Shown piece by piece: positions 1-13,500 of a stretch of 64,000 nucleotides of DNA. The number at the start of each line of letters is the position of its first letter. Positions within the stretch are counted from its first letter, which is position 1. Under the pieces are notes generated by a model. The model saw nothing but the letters and a program-made list of their open reading frames with translations. It was not told the DNA's origin and ran no database searches. Origin of the DNA: Gonapodya sp. JEL0774 (Eukaryota); contig JADIIX010000100.1 in the NCBI GenBank assembly GCA_027604505.1, positions 1-64,000 of the forward strand. The letters run 5' to 3'. The position numbers and the translations under genes are program-made.

Positions 1-368
1 ACTAGCTATTACAAGACAGGGCACTGGCCCACTTCTTCAGTTTGACTCCATTCAACATCTCCAGTGTCAGCCCCTTTCTTTACAAGACAAATCGGCCATC
101 AGAGAAGTGAAATCGATTTGCAATAGGTCAAATCGAGGAGGGTAAGGAGCGAAATGTGCAGGGTGCGGGGACGGTTTGTTGCCCAATCAAAACCGCCTGA
201 TCAGTGAGGACGCTTTTCAATTCGCCAAAACTGTTCTAACTGTGTACACTTTTCTATTGGCCCGGCTGAACCCCCCTCTCCACGCACACCTCCCCCAAAC
301 GGGTAAAAGCATCCGACAATCAAAACCAAAAATCTATCCATTACCAAGATCAAATCACCCCATCAGTC

Positions 369-2289
369 ATGACCATCGAGATTCCTTTTGGTGGCTATGT
401 TGCACCGGGCTATGAGCCAGTGATGGCCGCGTTTAAGGCCAATTTTGAAGCCGGAAAGGAATTGGGCGCAGGCTACGCCGCCTATGGTAAGGAACAGTAG
501 TATGTGCTCTCTGCGTCGGATTTCGAAGTATATCAATCTCCTTCGGTGTTGTCTACAGTCGATGGTGTTTGCAAAGTGGACATTTTCGGAGGATATTCCG
601 ACGAAGCCAAAACCGTCCCGTTTACGAACAAATCTCTCACCACAATATGGTCCAGTGGCAAATCTGTGGTACGTGCACACTGCGTTTTATTTGAAGCTTC
701 TGTGGCTCTTCTGTGAGGCTCAACAAGTCTGTCGGACAAAAGATGGGTGTCACCATCTGCCACCTTGTGTCCGAAGGTCTGATTAGCTTGGATGATCCGG
801 TGATCAAATACTGGCCTGAGTTCGGTGCCGGTGGAAAGGACCATGTCTTGGTGGGTACTGGATCGTCATCCAATCCCGATTTGTCCTAACCCCATTCGAA
901 TGACCGGCGGCACCGTAAGATTAAAGATCTCTGCCACCACACTGGTAAGCGGCAGTGCCTCCCAGCTCACTCTAATACGTAATTTGAATTTCAAAATCGC
1001 ACAAATGTCATGCGCTGTTCAATCTCTCTCTTTGCACAACAAACAGCGGGAGTGGCTTCTCTGGACAAGGAGAATATTCCCACCATTGAAGATCTGTCAA
1101 ACCTCGATGTCTTGGCACAAAAAATTGCCAAACAGCCTCACAACTTCGGCGGTGAATACGTGAAGTAAGTGGAAATCAGGACTCTGGATCAAGGGTTCGA
1201 AACTTATCTTCTATGTCGATTACCCCCAGGCAGTACCATGCAATAACCCAAGGTACTGATAGCTGCTCAAAATAATCTATGTTGGTCACTCACCTTCCAT
1301 TTAGGGTGGTATCTCAATGAAATCGTCCGTCGCGTTCTCGGAAAATCTCACGGCCAGTTCCTCAAGGAGGTCGTAAACCCAAAGCTGGGTGTGGAGATCT
1401 ATTGCGGGATGCCCGTGGATGATGAGACCGTGGAGAGTCGCTACTCGCCTGTTGTTTTCACCAAGGAGCTAATGGAATTTCTCGGTGAGAGTTACATCTA
1501 CTTTAAAGGTCCATTGAGCAGTATTCACAATAAAACAATTCTCAGGCAAGCATCGGGCAGCGGAAGGGACACCTAGGTGGAAGTCTGCCATGACAATGCC
1601 ATCGTTCACTGCTGGACCAAATGACCAGGGTATCAGGAAGGGGGAGTCACCTGCCGCCTACAGTGTATCAAATGCTTCGTCTGTTGCTAAATTGATGGCT
1701 GTGGTGAGCATCCAGAAAGTTGTGTCTTTTGCGAACGGTTTTGTTCATCATGATTTCCTTCAGTGCTCGATGGGGGGATCTTTGGATGGTGTAAAACTTG
1801 CAGACAAAGCTGTCATTCAAGCAGCCGCAGAGCTCGATCCAAAAGCTTCAAGTGAAGTGGACCTGAGCCTGCGGAAAGTAACCAGGACATGCGCTGGTGG
1901 CGTGAGCTGGAGCAGGACTGAGGAAGGCGTGAGTGAAACTTCTAACTGCGTTCTTCCGAGTTCTATTTCTAATTAGTGTACACAGTATGTTGTGCCATCC
2001 GAGTACCCCCCTGCCTATTGCAAGGGCGAGGGTTGGGAGTGGTGAGACACTTTTTCCAAATCACCTACAGTCTGCATGTGTTTTGTAACCCTCGTTCGGT
2101 TTCCACATTCTGTTAAGGACTGGTTGGTATGGCTTTGGTGGCTCGCACGCTCAATTTTCACTCCCGCAACGCACAAGCTCCGCGTATGTTATGAACCTGA
2201 TGCAGCCGATGGGAGGTCTTGATAACCGAGGCACCGACCTGGCCTTGGCGCTTACCAAGTGTGTTGACGCAGAAAGGGCGAAAAATTGA
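369..2289 (+). CDS. Beta-lactamase-family serine hydrolase/esterase (multi-exon)
   Basis: ATG 369 reads MTIEIPFGGYVAPGYEPVMAAFKANFEAGKELGAG. Spliced exons give SxxK (IWSSGKSV), LDDPVIKYWPEFG, YHAITQGWYLNEIVRRV and GFGGS; stop TGA 2287-2289. Confidence 0.85.
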
Positions 2290-2602
2290 GCTCTCTTGAC
2301 GAGAGAGTTAGATGATGTAAATGGAATGTGACTACAAAAAGATAAATATCTATGTACGGCTGACCGACAATCGCATAGCTGGTAATACTTCAGCTGCCAC
2401 TTGCCAGTCCTGCATATTGGTGGTTTGTCACGTTGTGCAGCGCCTTTGGCGGATCCATTGCGAAGATTACAACCTCAGCCAAGTCATTCCACATGGCTGT
2501 TTGAAGGGGGCTCACGTTTATTCTTGCTGTCGACAGTGTGTCGCTTGCACAAAACCTGCTTCTGCATTTCAGTTCAGGTTCCCTGCTTATCACATAAATA
2601 CG

Positions 2603-4705
2603 TCAGAGAAGCCCAACTGCCAGTCGCACTTCGCGCATCGTGTTTTCGGCCCATTCGCTTGCCCTTTCCTCGCCCGTTCTGAGCACGGTGTCCAAATACC
2701 CCGCCTCCCCTACTATCCGCTCATATTCTTCCCGAATCGGCCTTAACCGCGCCTCCACAACGTCCACAACCTCCGATTTCAGCGCCGCAACACCTTTACC
2801 CTGAAACCTTGTCAACACCTGCTCCACACTCTCCCCGCTCATTCCACAATGTATCGTGATCAAGTTGCTCACGCCCGGTCTCCCTTCTGAATCGTACGAC
2901 ACATGGGGGATAGAGTCAGTCGTGGCACGTCCGATGGCACGTTTGATATGAGAGTATGGAGAGTTTAGGGATATGGACGAGAGTGGAGAAGTGAGGGAGG
3001 CGGATTTAGACATCTTTGAGGTGGGGTGACGAAGCGAAAGGATACGGCGGGTCGGAGTGGAAGCTAGACAAATTATTGACGGAGCAGATGGAGCGGAGGG
3101 GGTATCAATATTAGTGAAACGCATAGAAGAAGGAGGAAACGCGCCGATGATTGAGGGAGATTGCGTATCTCTCCCCCTCCCTTACTACATCGAGAGTAAA
3201 TCCAAATAGCAAAGCTTCCCACCTCACGAGCGCACCTCACCACTGCCACGAAAGTAGTGCCCGAACTCACGCAACATCATATCCGGCATCGGGAACACCT
3301 TATTCTTGTCTTTGCCGGCATAAACATGGTTGAAACGTGCGGCGATGTCACGAGCAAGGTTAAGGTGTTGAGATTGGTCAGCGCCGACAGGCACGAGCGT
3401 GGATCTTCGGAAGGGGGTGCAAGGAGGGTAACCGCGCACAAGGGGCATCGTTAAATGGGTGCAAAAGCCGCGCCGATTGCCAGGGGACATTCATCTCGGC
3501 CGCGTTACGTAGACATTTTCTCGTGACTTCACGCTCCTGTCAGTATGCACACCCACGCGTACACCTGCCATACACCTCTGCACTGACACAGTACTCACTT
3601 GTACAGCAAGATATCCGCAGCCTGCAAAACAGGATAACTCAATAAACCGTGCAAAGCGCCTCCGAACTCATCTGCCTCCTCCGCGCTGAGACCACTGATG
3701 CTGCTGGATGAAGACGACGATGAGAAAGGGGCAGAAGATGTGGCTTGTGATTTTGAGGCGCCCGAAACCATATCTGCTGTCTTGGTCTTCCACTGGTGCA
3801 TGCGAGTCAGCCAAGAAACGGGTGTCAAACAAAAGAGTATCCAAGCGAGCTCAGTGTGTTGAGCAACCTGCGGGGAATATGATAACGTGGAGTGACGTTG
3901 TATTGAGAGGCAACGCGGCCTAGGCAAAAATGGTGAAAAATCTCGAGTCCGCGACGTTTTCACTATCAATGACCTTCTTGCATGGGCTCAGGATGAACTT
4001 CCAGAGGTCGTGGATTGTGTCTCCCCTGTGATTCTTGCCTTCTTCTCAAAGCCTCGTTTCATCATCCGCAAGTGTGCAGAAATGTATCAGGTAGCACTCA
4101 GTTCAGATTGAATCTTGACTATCCATGGAGCGGCTCGGTCTACTTCCGAATATGAACCGAGTTTCCCTGCCTTTCCTCGTCGTTCAGTCCTTTCACGCTT
4201 GCCACCACGCCCAAAGTCTAAAAATAATACTCACTCTAGACTGCCTATAGACAACGACTTTCTCCGGATTCACACCAACCGCGAGCAGTGCGGCCACAAC
4301 CTCTGTCACTCCTCTCTTCAATTCATCAGCGGTCCTGGGCACCGTCATGGCGTGCAAATCGACAATTGATGCTAATATCCTATTTTGGTGTTGATCTTGA
4401 GGGTGATGGGACGGGTTAAGAGAAGACTGCAGGTTAAGCAAAGGCAGGAGTGCTCCGAAGTAATTCCCAATGTGTGGAGTTCCTGTCGGCTGCAAGCCAG
4501 TGAATACAGTGTCATGGCTGCGCGGTGCAGAAGGGGGAGAAGTAGCAGAAGATGCAGCTTGTGCTGTGGGTGAAGATATGGTTGCCGTGGAGAGAAGGTG
4601 GATTCTTGGTGGGAATGGACCGTGCACGAGAGATGGCAACGAATTTCGAGTAACAGAGAATAGGAATTCCGGGGCGTGCAGTCGATGGGGCTTTGGAGGT
4701 CGCAT
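2603..4705 (-). CDS. MSW1: Tryptophanyl-tRNA synthetase, bacterial-type (probably mitochondrial)
   Basis: FTGLQPTGTPHIGNYFG (HIGH), IVDLHAMT, LSYPVLQAADILLYK, VPVGADQSQHLNLARDIA, KMSKS and RPGVSNL motifs across exons. The basic, Ser-rich N-terminal extension fits a targeting peptide. Confidence 0.93.
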
Positions 4706-5561
4706 GCGAGTGGGCCACTTGTGGGAGGATTGTTGGTGGTGTGGCCACCATTCCTGTGGGACTCCTGTATTTGAGTACACATTTACAACTGTGCAATATA
4801 AATATTGCTCCCCAAAATCTAGTCTATTCTTTGAGAGCTGCAACCAGCCAGACCATCCTTGAGCCGGCACTAGGTCCTGACCTGGAGGTAATAGAAGGTC
4901 GGTTGTTGTGCTCCGCCCGTGTAGGATGAAGGCTTGCATCGGAGCGGGAATCTCAAACAAGAAGACGAGCTGATGTTGAAAAGAAAGAAAATACATTCAG
5001 GCCAAAGTTTGGATCAAAACGTTTTCAAAACATCAGGTGACTCTCCACTACAACTAAAATTGAATCATATAAACTCACAAATGTGCAGCTGCATTAGCAA
5101 GGCGAGCGATGTCCCTGGTTGTTTTCAGTTGGGCCTCAAATAACGGCAGGCAGCCCCCAAACAGATGTGGGGCAGAATTCATCCTCATGTCGGGGGAGAT
5201 GGTACTCTGATCAACCCATGCCCCTTGCAAAGATGAAGAGCCAGCGGTCGTCTTTTTAGAGTAGAAATTGTTCACGTCGACGTGAGGGGGGTTCTAGGAA
5301 TCGGAAACATTCAATAATATCTGTTGTGATTGTGTCAGGGAGCCACTACCTCATTCGTTGTGGCATCAAAATTGTCAGGACTTTTGCATCCAATGTAGAT
5401 AAGGGCTAAAAGTTTCGCCATCCCTCGACTCTTCTTGGTAGTGAGGTTATTTAGTGAGCTTTGAACGACATGAAATATTCGCAGCTTGGAGAGGCGATTC
5501 CAGAGGCACATGTAATCGACCAGGGATTGGCCGAAATATTTCCTCATTAGGAATCCAAGCG

Positions 5562-8500
5562 ATGCCGAAGGGGAAAAGCGGAGACGGAGATGACAATAAC
5601 GACGGTGATGGTGATGGACCGCAGAAAACTCCCGGTAAGTGTGGTGTTGAGCATGTAATGTTGTTCCTGTCTTGACTAATGGTCGCCCCGACACCTTCAT
5701 GTGTTATCCCTGGCTGGGTCTTATTGAGCTACGAGTGGCCCCACTGCTGCAAGTACTCATACAGTGGACCTCTTGTCAGATCCAGCTCCTCCTCAGAGGC
5801 AGGAGACGACCAACAGCGCCGGTTGGGAAAGCGATCAGGCAGTATCCGCGACAGTTGCCCTCGTAGTTGGTGGCACCGCAGACAGTGGGATCATCGTAAC
5901 TCAGACAGTTGGCGTGACTGTACCAGCAACCGGTGCTGCCGCTGGTGGTGATGTACAAATCAGTGGTGGGGGTTACTTTGACCACACTGCCCAAGCACGC
6001 GCAACCGGAACGAGTACAGTCGCTTCGAAAAATGAGCATGCATCTCAGAGCGTCGCTACTTTTTTGACTACTCGTACCAGTGCTGGCGCTGGTGTCGTGA
6101 TTTCAACCTCCTCCCGTTCCGCATTGATGTCCGCATACACAACGGAACTCGCCACCTCTGGGCCTACTTCTCAATTGAATGCATCTGCACCTTCGGCATT
6201 AATTGCTGCGATTGTTCTCGCGATATGCTCCGTTCTCGCCCTCGTTGCCCTCATCGCTGTCGCCTGGCGCAACAGGAAACTTACTCGCATGCTGAATGCG
6301 GAACGCTCCCTGGGCCGATCTAACACGGAAGTATGGCAACGTCTCCAACAAGGCCCAGATTCAGACATGGATGCGCTTGTGGGGGCAGAAGCTGACGGAT
6401 ATACAGTTGAAGCCTCTCGCCTCCACGGCAGATCAGATCGTATTGAAGGGCGCATTGCGAACAATTTTATCGCCAGTGGGCCGGTGGATGGCTCTCAGCG
6501 TAGACTTCCGTCCAAGCTCAACAAGCTCTCCCACACACGAATGCTCCCCATCGATACACCACGTCCCTTATTGGCTCTTGACCTCCTTCAACCACAACCA
6601 CCACCTCTCGCCCGCACTCCCACTCCGGAGCCCATCCGTGCTTCTTATGCGAATGCACCATTCCCTCCTCTCCCTCCATCGTCGGACCTCCCGGAAGTCC
6701 GGGGTGCAGCATGGCGCTTTAGCTCCCTTCACCTCGTCTTTCCCAGCCTCAACTTCACTGGTCTATTCAGCTCGACCCAACCTTCAGTTCCTGTGACTCA
6801 AATATCCACGCCCCTTCCTATGCCTCCTCCAATCCCTTCAAAGTCCATTACACTTGGGGAAGCCAAACGCACAGGCAAGAAATCGGAAACCTCCCACAGT
6901 CAACTTTCCCGTACGTCTGCAGATCCCACCGGCATACATGCCTCCGCGTGGACTGGCGTCTCTGCCTCGGCACCGATCTTGGCATCGCGCCCCTCCGAGA
7001 CTGTGACAGGAGACCTCATCGAACTCGTCCCAGACCCGCCATCTCGCGACCCTAGCCTCTCGTATGTCATTTCTACACCTCCTCTTCCTTTTACTTCTCG
7101 AAACAATAGCGCCAACTCTGCGCATGGTGGATCAGATGCTGCACCTGAACCCCGTATGGGACGCGAGAGATTGGTAGCATTCCTCCCATCCCGCCTTGCC
7201 CATGCAATCACCGCAGCAACAGACACGTCGGTTTCTGATGAAGAAGATGAGCCAGATAATATCTCTGGATCATTTTTATCTCGTTCTTCCTCTCGAACCT
7301 CGTTGCTCCCTTGGAACTTTGACACGGCATCGCAATCTCATGCCATGTCGAATCATCGCTCGGCCCACACATCCAGCGATCGTGCAACAAGTCAAGTATC
7401 GTCTTTTGTAGATATTGACACACCTGACCGTGAACAGATCGGAATCCCTGTGTCAGCAGAACACAGTGTGGAACCAACCGGTCGAAACACAACTGAGATT
7501 GATGATCCGTTCAGTACCAGTCATCAGATCGTTCCGAATCGGCTGCAGTCCACCACTCCTGGCAAGTTGTTTGCGTCCGTCCTCTCCTCTCTTCGTCCTC
7601 GGCGATCCTCCAATCCTTCCCCCTCCCCCACCTCCGATGCAAACTCATCTTCTGGCCACGCCAGTATGTCATCCCCCATGCGACCAACTCATGTCCCACG
7701 AGCGCGCTCCCAGTCGCCATCTCGGGTCCCGTCACCTCCACCCAGCTCCAAGCCGGAAGTATCATCGTGGGACGGTGTTGCGAGACGATACTATTCTGGA
7801 AAGAGTGTGGAGGCTGAAGCCGTTCCAGAACATCGAAAAGTGCTGATTGAATATGTGAATAAGCAAAAAGTGGCAGGCGGTAATGTTGACATTGAAGATC
7901 AAGAGATAGGAGATGATTATCCGATTGACCTCGCGGTCAATCCGTTCTTGGACCCCGTCATCCACCGCAATCACTCTGTAACCACCACAATCACAACAAT
8001 CACTTCCGCTGGTACTCATCCAACCATCAGCACAAACAATAGTGCAAGTGTTGTCCGCAGTTCCCTTCCGAGCCCGGCACCGTCGGGAGAGAGCGCCAGG
8101 CCCGTAGCCAGTCCTGCTTCTGCACTGTCGTCATATGTGGAGCAGGTCATTGGGATTGGGACTCACCCTTCACCTACGCCATCTCTTGAGCTCGCTGCTT
8201 TGCCGCACAAGTTATCGCGCCACTCTGGTACAGAGACACTCCAAACACTCCCTCTACCACCAGTCTCGCTTTGCGTACCGTTTGCGACTTTTGTATTCTC
8301 GCATGCGTTAGCCAATCCACGAGGTACAGTGGAGTTTGTTGCAACAGTTCGGGATCACAAAACAATTCACGAGAGAAGGGGTGTTCCACCAACCATTGCG
8401 GAAACCGACGAGTCCAGCAGCTCCTCGATCCCATTGGCATTGTCTGCTGCAGCATTCGACTTCAATGACACTTCGCAACATCAACAATTGTATCAACCAC

Positions 8501-9712
8501 CAATTGGCTTGTCAGTATCCGTGAAAGTGTTCCAGGAGAAATCTAATGGGACATTGGGAGAGGCGTGGGAGGAAGGAGCGCATCAGAGATGGAGGAGAGA
8601 AATGGGGATTTCATGGGCTGGAAAAGGAGTGGGGGCGATGGAGAGTGAGTTCGCGAGGGACCCCGGTCTATCCAACTCTCAGCATTGATCACTTTTTCCG
8701 AACTTAGTGGTTGCATACTCTATGAACCCCTTGGCAATCGCGTATCTGAATATTCCTTCCCTTGCTTCTGCATACCTCTCGCAAGTGCCATTCACGGCAA
8801 CTGAGGGTCATCCTCTACCTCCAATGACTCCTCGGCTCGCCTGTCGCCTGTGTGCTGACATTGCCGCATGCGTCGCTCGACTTCATGCTCTCGGTGTGTC
8901 GCATCTTGGCGTATCAGCAGCTTCTGTTTTCCTGATTTGCGATAAAGTGGGAACTGAAGTGGTTCCTAAAGCAGCACTGGGAAACTTCGGCTATGCTGCG
9001 CCAGGCATGTTGGAACAAGGTAGTATAGCGTGGAAGAGAGTTTTGGATGAGGCGAGAATGGGTGGAGTGGGCAGAAGGAGGTACACGAGTCCGGAGGTGA
9101 GGATAGGAATTGTCTTCCGTGGTTGTGTGGCACACTGCTCCATCTCAAGTTCTTCACCCAGGTTCTGTCCAATCTCGTTCAATATTCCTCCACAGACTCT
9201 CTGCCTCGTCCTCGATCTCCCATGCTCCACCTCTTTCCTTCGGACATCTTCTCCCTTTCCATCCTACTTTATGAGCTACTCGTGCTCCACCCAGCATGGC
9301 CATCTTTCACAGTCGATGAAGTGACTGGCGCCGTGCAGGAAGGACAAAGGCCTATGTGGGACAGAGCGGGGTGGTCAGGAGAACAGTGGGTCGGAGATAG
9401 GGCGAAAGAAGTGGTAGAAGCGGGCTGGATCGCAGATTGGCAAGAGTGAGTGATGCTGGCTTGCTGACCAGTTCTTTTGGCCCTGGAGATCACCACAACC
9501 CACCAACTCCCCTGTGTGCCCCACTCATCTCCCTGTCACGCCAACCACAACTCCTCAGACGCCCTAGCGCACTTCAGTTCCGTGCCGCACTACTTGCGAT
9601 CTTGAACGACGCAGACAAGTTCGACCTTCCCGATAAGATGACCGTGGCTTCGTATCCCCGCAGGCTAATTATGGCGGATGTGAGGTCAACTTCGTGGGCG
9701 ACAACGTTATAA
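5562..9712 (+). CDS. Single-pass membrane protein with Ser/Thr-rich N-region, long disordered linker and C-terminal kinase-like (probably pseudokinase) domain
   Basis: 974-codon exon 5765-~8666 contains TM ALIAAIVLAICSVLALVALIAVAW followed by RNRK. Later exons give VSVK, CADIAACVARLHALGVSHLG, LGNFG, YTSPE, SDIFSLSILLYELL and RRPSALQF. The 5' start is uncertain. Confidence 0.7.
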
Positions 9713-10571
9713 CGTTTCATCTTCGCTCAGGAGCGTCATTTAACGTGATTATTTATCGTATTTGAATGACTTTTGGGCCAAATCTTGCTCGCATATACAA
9801 TATCGTGCAGGACTTATGTGAGACAATTTGTGACCAGGCGCTCACTAGAAACCGCTTGACCTAGACTAGAATCAGAGCTTTTGGCTTTGGGTGTACAGCA
9901 TATGTGGTTTCAATCGTGATTTAGTTGTTGGATTCTACTTTTATTGTTTCTTCTTTGCTGGTCAGTACAATTCCTTTACTTGCTGGTATCATAAAAATAT
10001 GAACGAATGAGTTGCGAGATCTTCAACATCTGGCGATAACACGGAAAGAAACAACATTCTTGAAACCTGACTGGTTTTGTGATTTGATTTCATCCACAAC
10101 TTCATTTGCATGGAGTGAGAATCGCCTAATATGAGTACCATCCATCGGGAACGGCAAGACCAGGGCCTGCCGCGTGTGATTTTGCAGCATGCAGTCTCGC
10201 AATAGCTCAAAGTGAGTGATCCGAAGGTAGTTCGAAGCACCTGCAATAATTCAATTAATGAGAAAGTCGAGGGAGAACTGGGTTCCCTGGTGGGCGTGGT
10301 CAACTTTATAGTTATTTCCCACTTCTTCGAAAAGTCGTTGGGATTGCGGACTGGCGGCCTTGTAACATTGGAGTAATAATGACTTTGCAAAAGATCACCA
10401 AGGTTCTGTTACATTGGGACACACGCACTGACCGGAGTGAAGTATAATATGAGCATGCAGATGAGAATATGAATGATAACGTCCGTGATCCGGCATAGTC
10501 ATCTGACCAGACTGTTGACAATTGAAGGAGTTGCGGTGTGGTGTGTCAGCCCACGTGGGTGTGGAGTGCGC

Positions 10572-13500
10572 TCAACCACACGCCTCCACCACCGCCTTCA
10601 ATCCTTTACTCTCCCCGAACTTTTGAGACACGTTTTTCGCAAACTCCTTTATCCGATTCTTCATTTCGATCCGGTCCCTATTCTCCTCCTCGCCATCTTC
10701 CTCATGCTCCTCATCCTCTTCATTATCTTGCCCGTCGTGAGCTCCACCGTTCTGCGCCGTGACCATGGCCCTATCCTTGATGATCCACCCAATCTCAGCC
10801 CAGAACCCCTCCCTCAACTGGCTTTCCGTTCCGAATACCGCCCACATCATCTGTAACACGGGGTGCACCCTTGCTTCTTCCGCGTCTTCCTCCGTGTCAC
10901 CGCCTAATGCACGTGGTGTGACGATAGAGCGGATGATTCGGCGGGCAAAGGGGCCAAGTCGGGCGTGCCGGGAGAGGACACGGACAATGTCCGTGAGAAG
11001 GGGCCGTAGGAGTGTCAGGGTCTTCAGGTTGCGATGGAGTGTTGAGATGTTGTACCGTGAGCGGGGGTTGAAAGGAGAGCGACCAACAAAAATGAAACTC
11101 ACTTGTAAGTTATTAGACTCCACAATCTGTTTGGCCAGTTGCACCACCATATCCTGCGTCTCCGCCAAGAGTTCGGGATCAATCGCGTCTTCATCGAGGA
11201 CAGTGAAGGCGATTTGGTCCAAGAGTTTGAGATGATACGGAAGGTCCACCAGAGCTAAGGCAGCCGAGATATAACACAGGGTCGCAAAAATGTCAAGGTG
11301 AGCGATCGCAGTACACATCTCTCTTCCAGCTGACCGAATCATACAGAATCTCACCACTCTCCACCAAAGCCGCGAAACCCCTCAGCAGCCTCTTGGCATC
11401 GCCGGGGGAACAGAATCCGAGTGTCGCGTATTCGATGCAAAGTTTGATCACCAACACAGAGACGTCATCCAAAGCCACGGGTGCAGATGGGGTATGGTGT
11501 CGGTTGTTGCGGTGCTTGGGCTTGGGAGAAGATCTGGGAAAGGGGCAGCGCTTTTGAACATTAAGGATGGCCACACCATCAATAAGTAGACTCACGCCTT
11601 TGCCAGTGCATTATTTCTGACGTGTCCTTCGAGTAACTCCAAAACCACGTCGAAAGTTCCCTCGCCAAGTGCCTCCCTGGTGGTCGGGTTTGCATAGCAG
11701 TGAAGGGTGAGTTTACAGACAGCTTCGAGGGGAGACGCTTTGCTCCCTGTATGTCGCAAACAAAAAAACATCAGTGCATCTTAACATGCTGCAACTATGC
11801 AAGCACAGCTACCTGCTTGGGTCGGTCGAATGGAGAGAAGGGGAGCATTCTCCATACAGGCTTTGAGATTATCGAGAAAGCTCCCAAGCTCGCTCGAAGC
11901 AAACAATCCTTTGCGTTGATCGGGATCCTGCTGTTCGAGGTGACATTATCAAGCGGACTTTCAGATGCCACACGTTACCTGATAGACAGCTTGCTGGGAA
12001 ACACGCACCAGAGCCACATTGAGCCACTCCATCTCCGAGGCTGTAGTTTGGCTGACTCTCTCGTCTTCTTCATCACGACTCCGTCTCTTGCCTCTGTTGC
12101 GACTGTTCGTGCCTTGCACAGTACCACTGCTAGCAACTGACAGCTCCGACAACGCGCTCACGAGCTGACGAGCCACGGTGTCATACCCCTCATGCCAACC
12201 AAGTCAGCAATAAATTCATGCAAGCACTGCTTGTGCGTACGAGCTCACTTTATCGCTATTACCCCCTCTTGCTCGAACCGCTGAATGCAATGACCCTTCA
12301 AATTCAGCCGGAGTGATACCCATCTTGCGGATCTGCTCCAGCGAAAAGTGTGAGGCGATCGATAAAACCGCGTCCTTTGCAGGCCCATCAGTGCACTTTG
12401 CGAGTATCATAGACAGTGGACTATCAATGAAGGCTTGTTGAATAGACTGGGATATTGTCGGGTAACGATTGGATCGAGTTTGTCTGCAGACATTTTGGCG
12501 AACAGGTTCTACGGTAAACTTACATCCTTGATCTTTCCGTCCTTATGCTTCTCTTTCATCAGCGAGTCCAGAGTCACCGCTAGAACGTCCAAAAGTCCTC
12601 CAAAATAAGGCATGAAGTTTGCCTTCATGTCTGACCGAGATCAAAAGTGAAGTAACATGAATGAACAGTGCAGGAGGGGTTACGTAGACTCTATTCACCC
12701 TCATCCACGGAGCTCTGCGCCACCACCGGTCCGTCCTTCTTTCTTTTTTTCCTCTTAGCAGCCTCCACTGCGACTCCACTTGCTTGATTTTCGTCTTGTT
12801 CATCGTTCGCCAGGAGAACCAGTAATTTGTTGAGTGCGATCACGAAGCTGGCAACTGCAAGAGTAACGTGCACGAAAGCGAGTGAATATACAATGAACAC
12901 GCCTTTCAAGCATTTCTCGTGATCCCTTACCATTGTTAGCCTTGCCGAGCTTTGGTAAATAATAGTAAAATGTCTGCGCTGCGATGGTATCTTTGACAAG
13001 AAACTCCCTGCACCTTGATATCTTCTCACCCGGTTGCTGGTTTTCGGGAAAGAAGGTGGCCATGAGAACTCGAGCGACTCGCTTGCGAACCTGCGGTGAT
13101 GTGTCGTTGCCCAACCGGAACACCAGGTCGTCGATGGGGACAACGTCAAAAAAGCTGCAAGAATTGATTCTATCAGATGTGCTTTGAAGAGAACTCGAGC
13201 GTGACTATACTCACTGAATGGTTCGGTGCTTGGTTAGGAACATCAGCAGGTTGCAGATTTCAACTCTAACCTTCTCCGCGCTGTCGTTGATAAGGGAGCG
13301 GAGAGCAGGAAGTTTTTCTTTCGCCCAGAGAGTAAAATGGATTCCAGCTATGAGACAAAGCACGAAAACGAGCTCTGAAAAGACAAACTCACCTTTCAAC
13401 ACATCGTGACTCCTAATTTGCTTCTGCAGGAGCTGTCCCATACCTTCTACAACAGCCACGCGGACACCGGCATCACTAAAAATGATGAGGGTGGTAGTGG

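Noticed and set aside
2603..4705. Link between mitochondrial TrpRS (UGA=Trp in many mitochondria) and eEFSec (UGA=Sec)
   Set aside because: Different compartments, 11 kb apart with unrelated genes between; most likely coincidence.
9989..10521. Minus-strand ORFs between the pseudokinase and CAP-G2
   Set aside because: No recognisable domain and no consistent spliced model.
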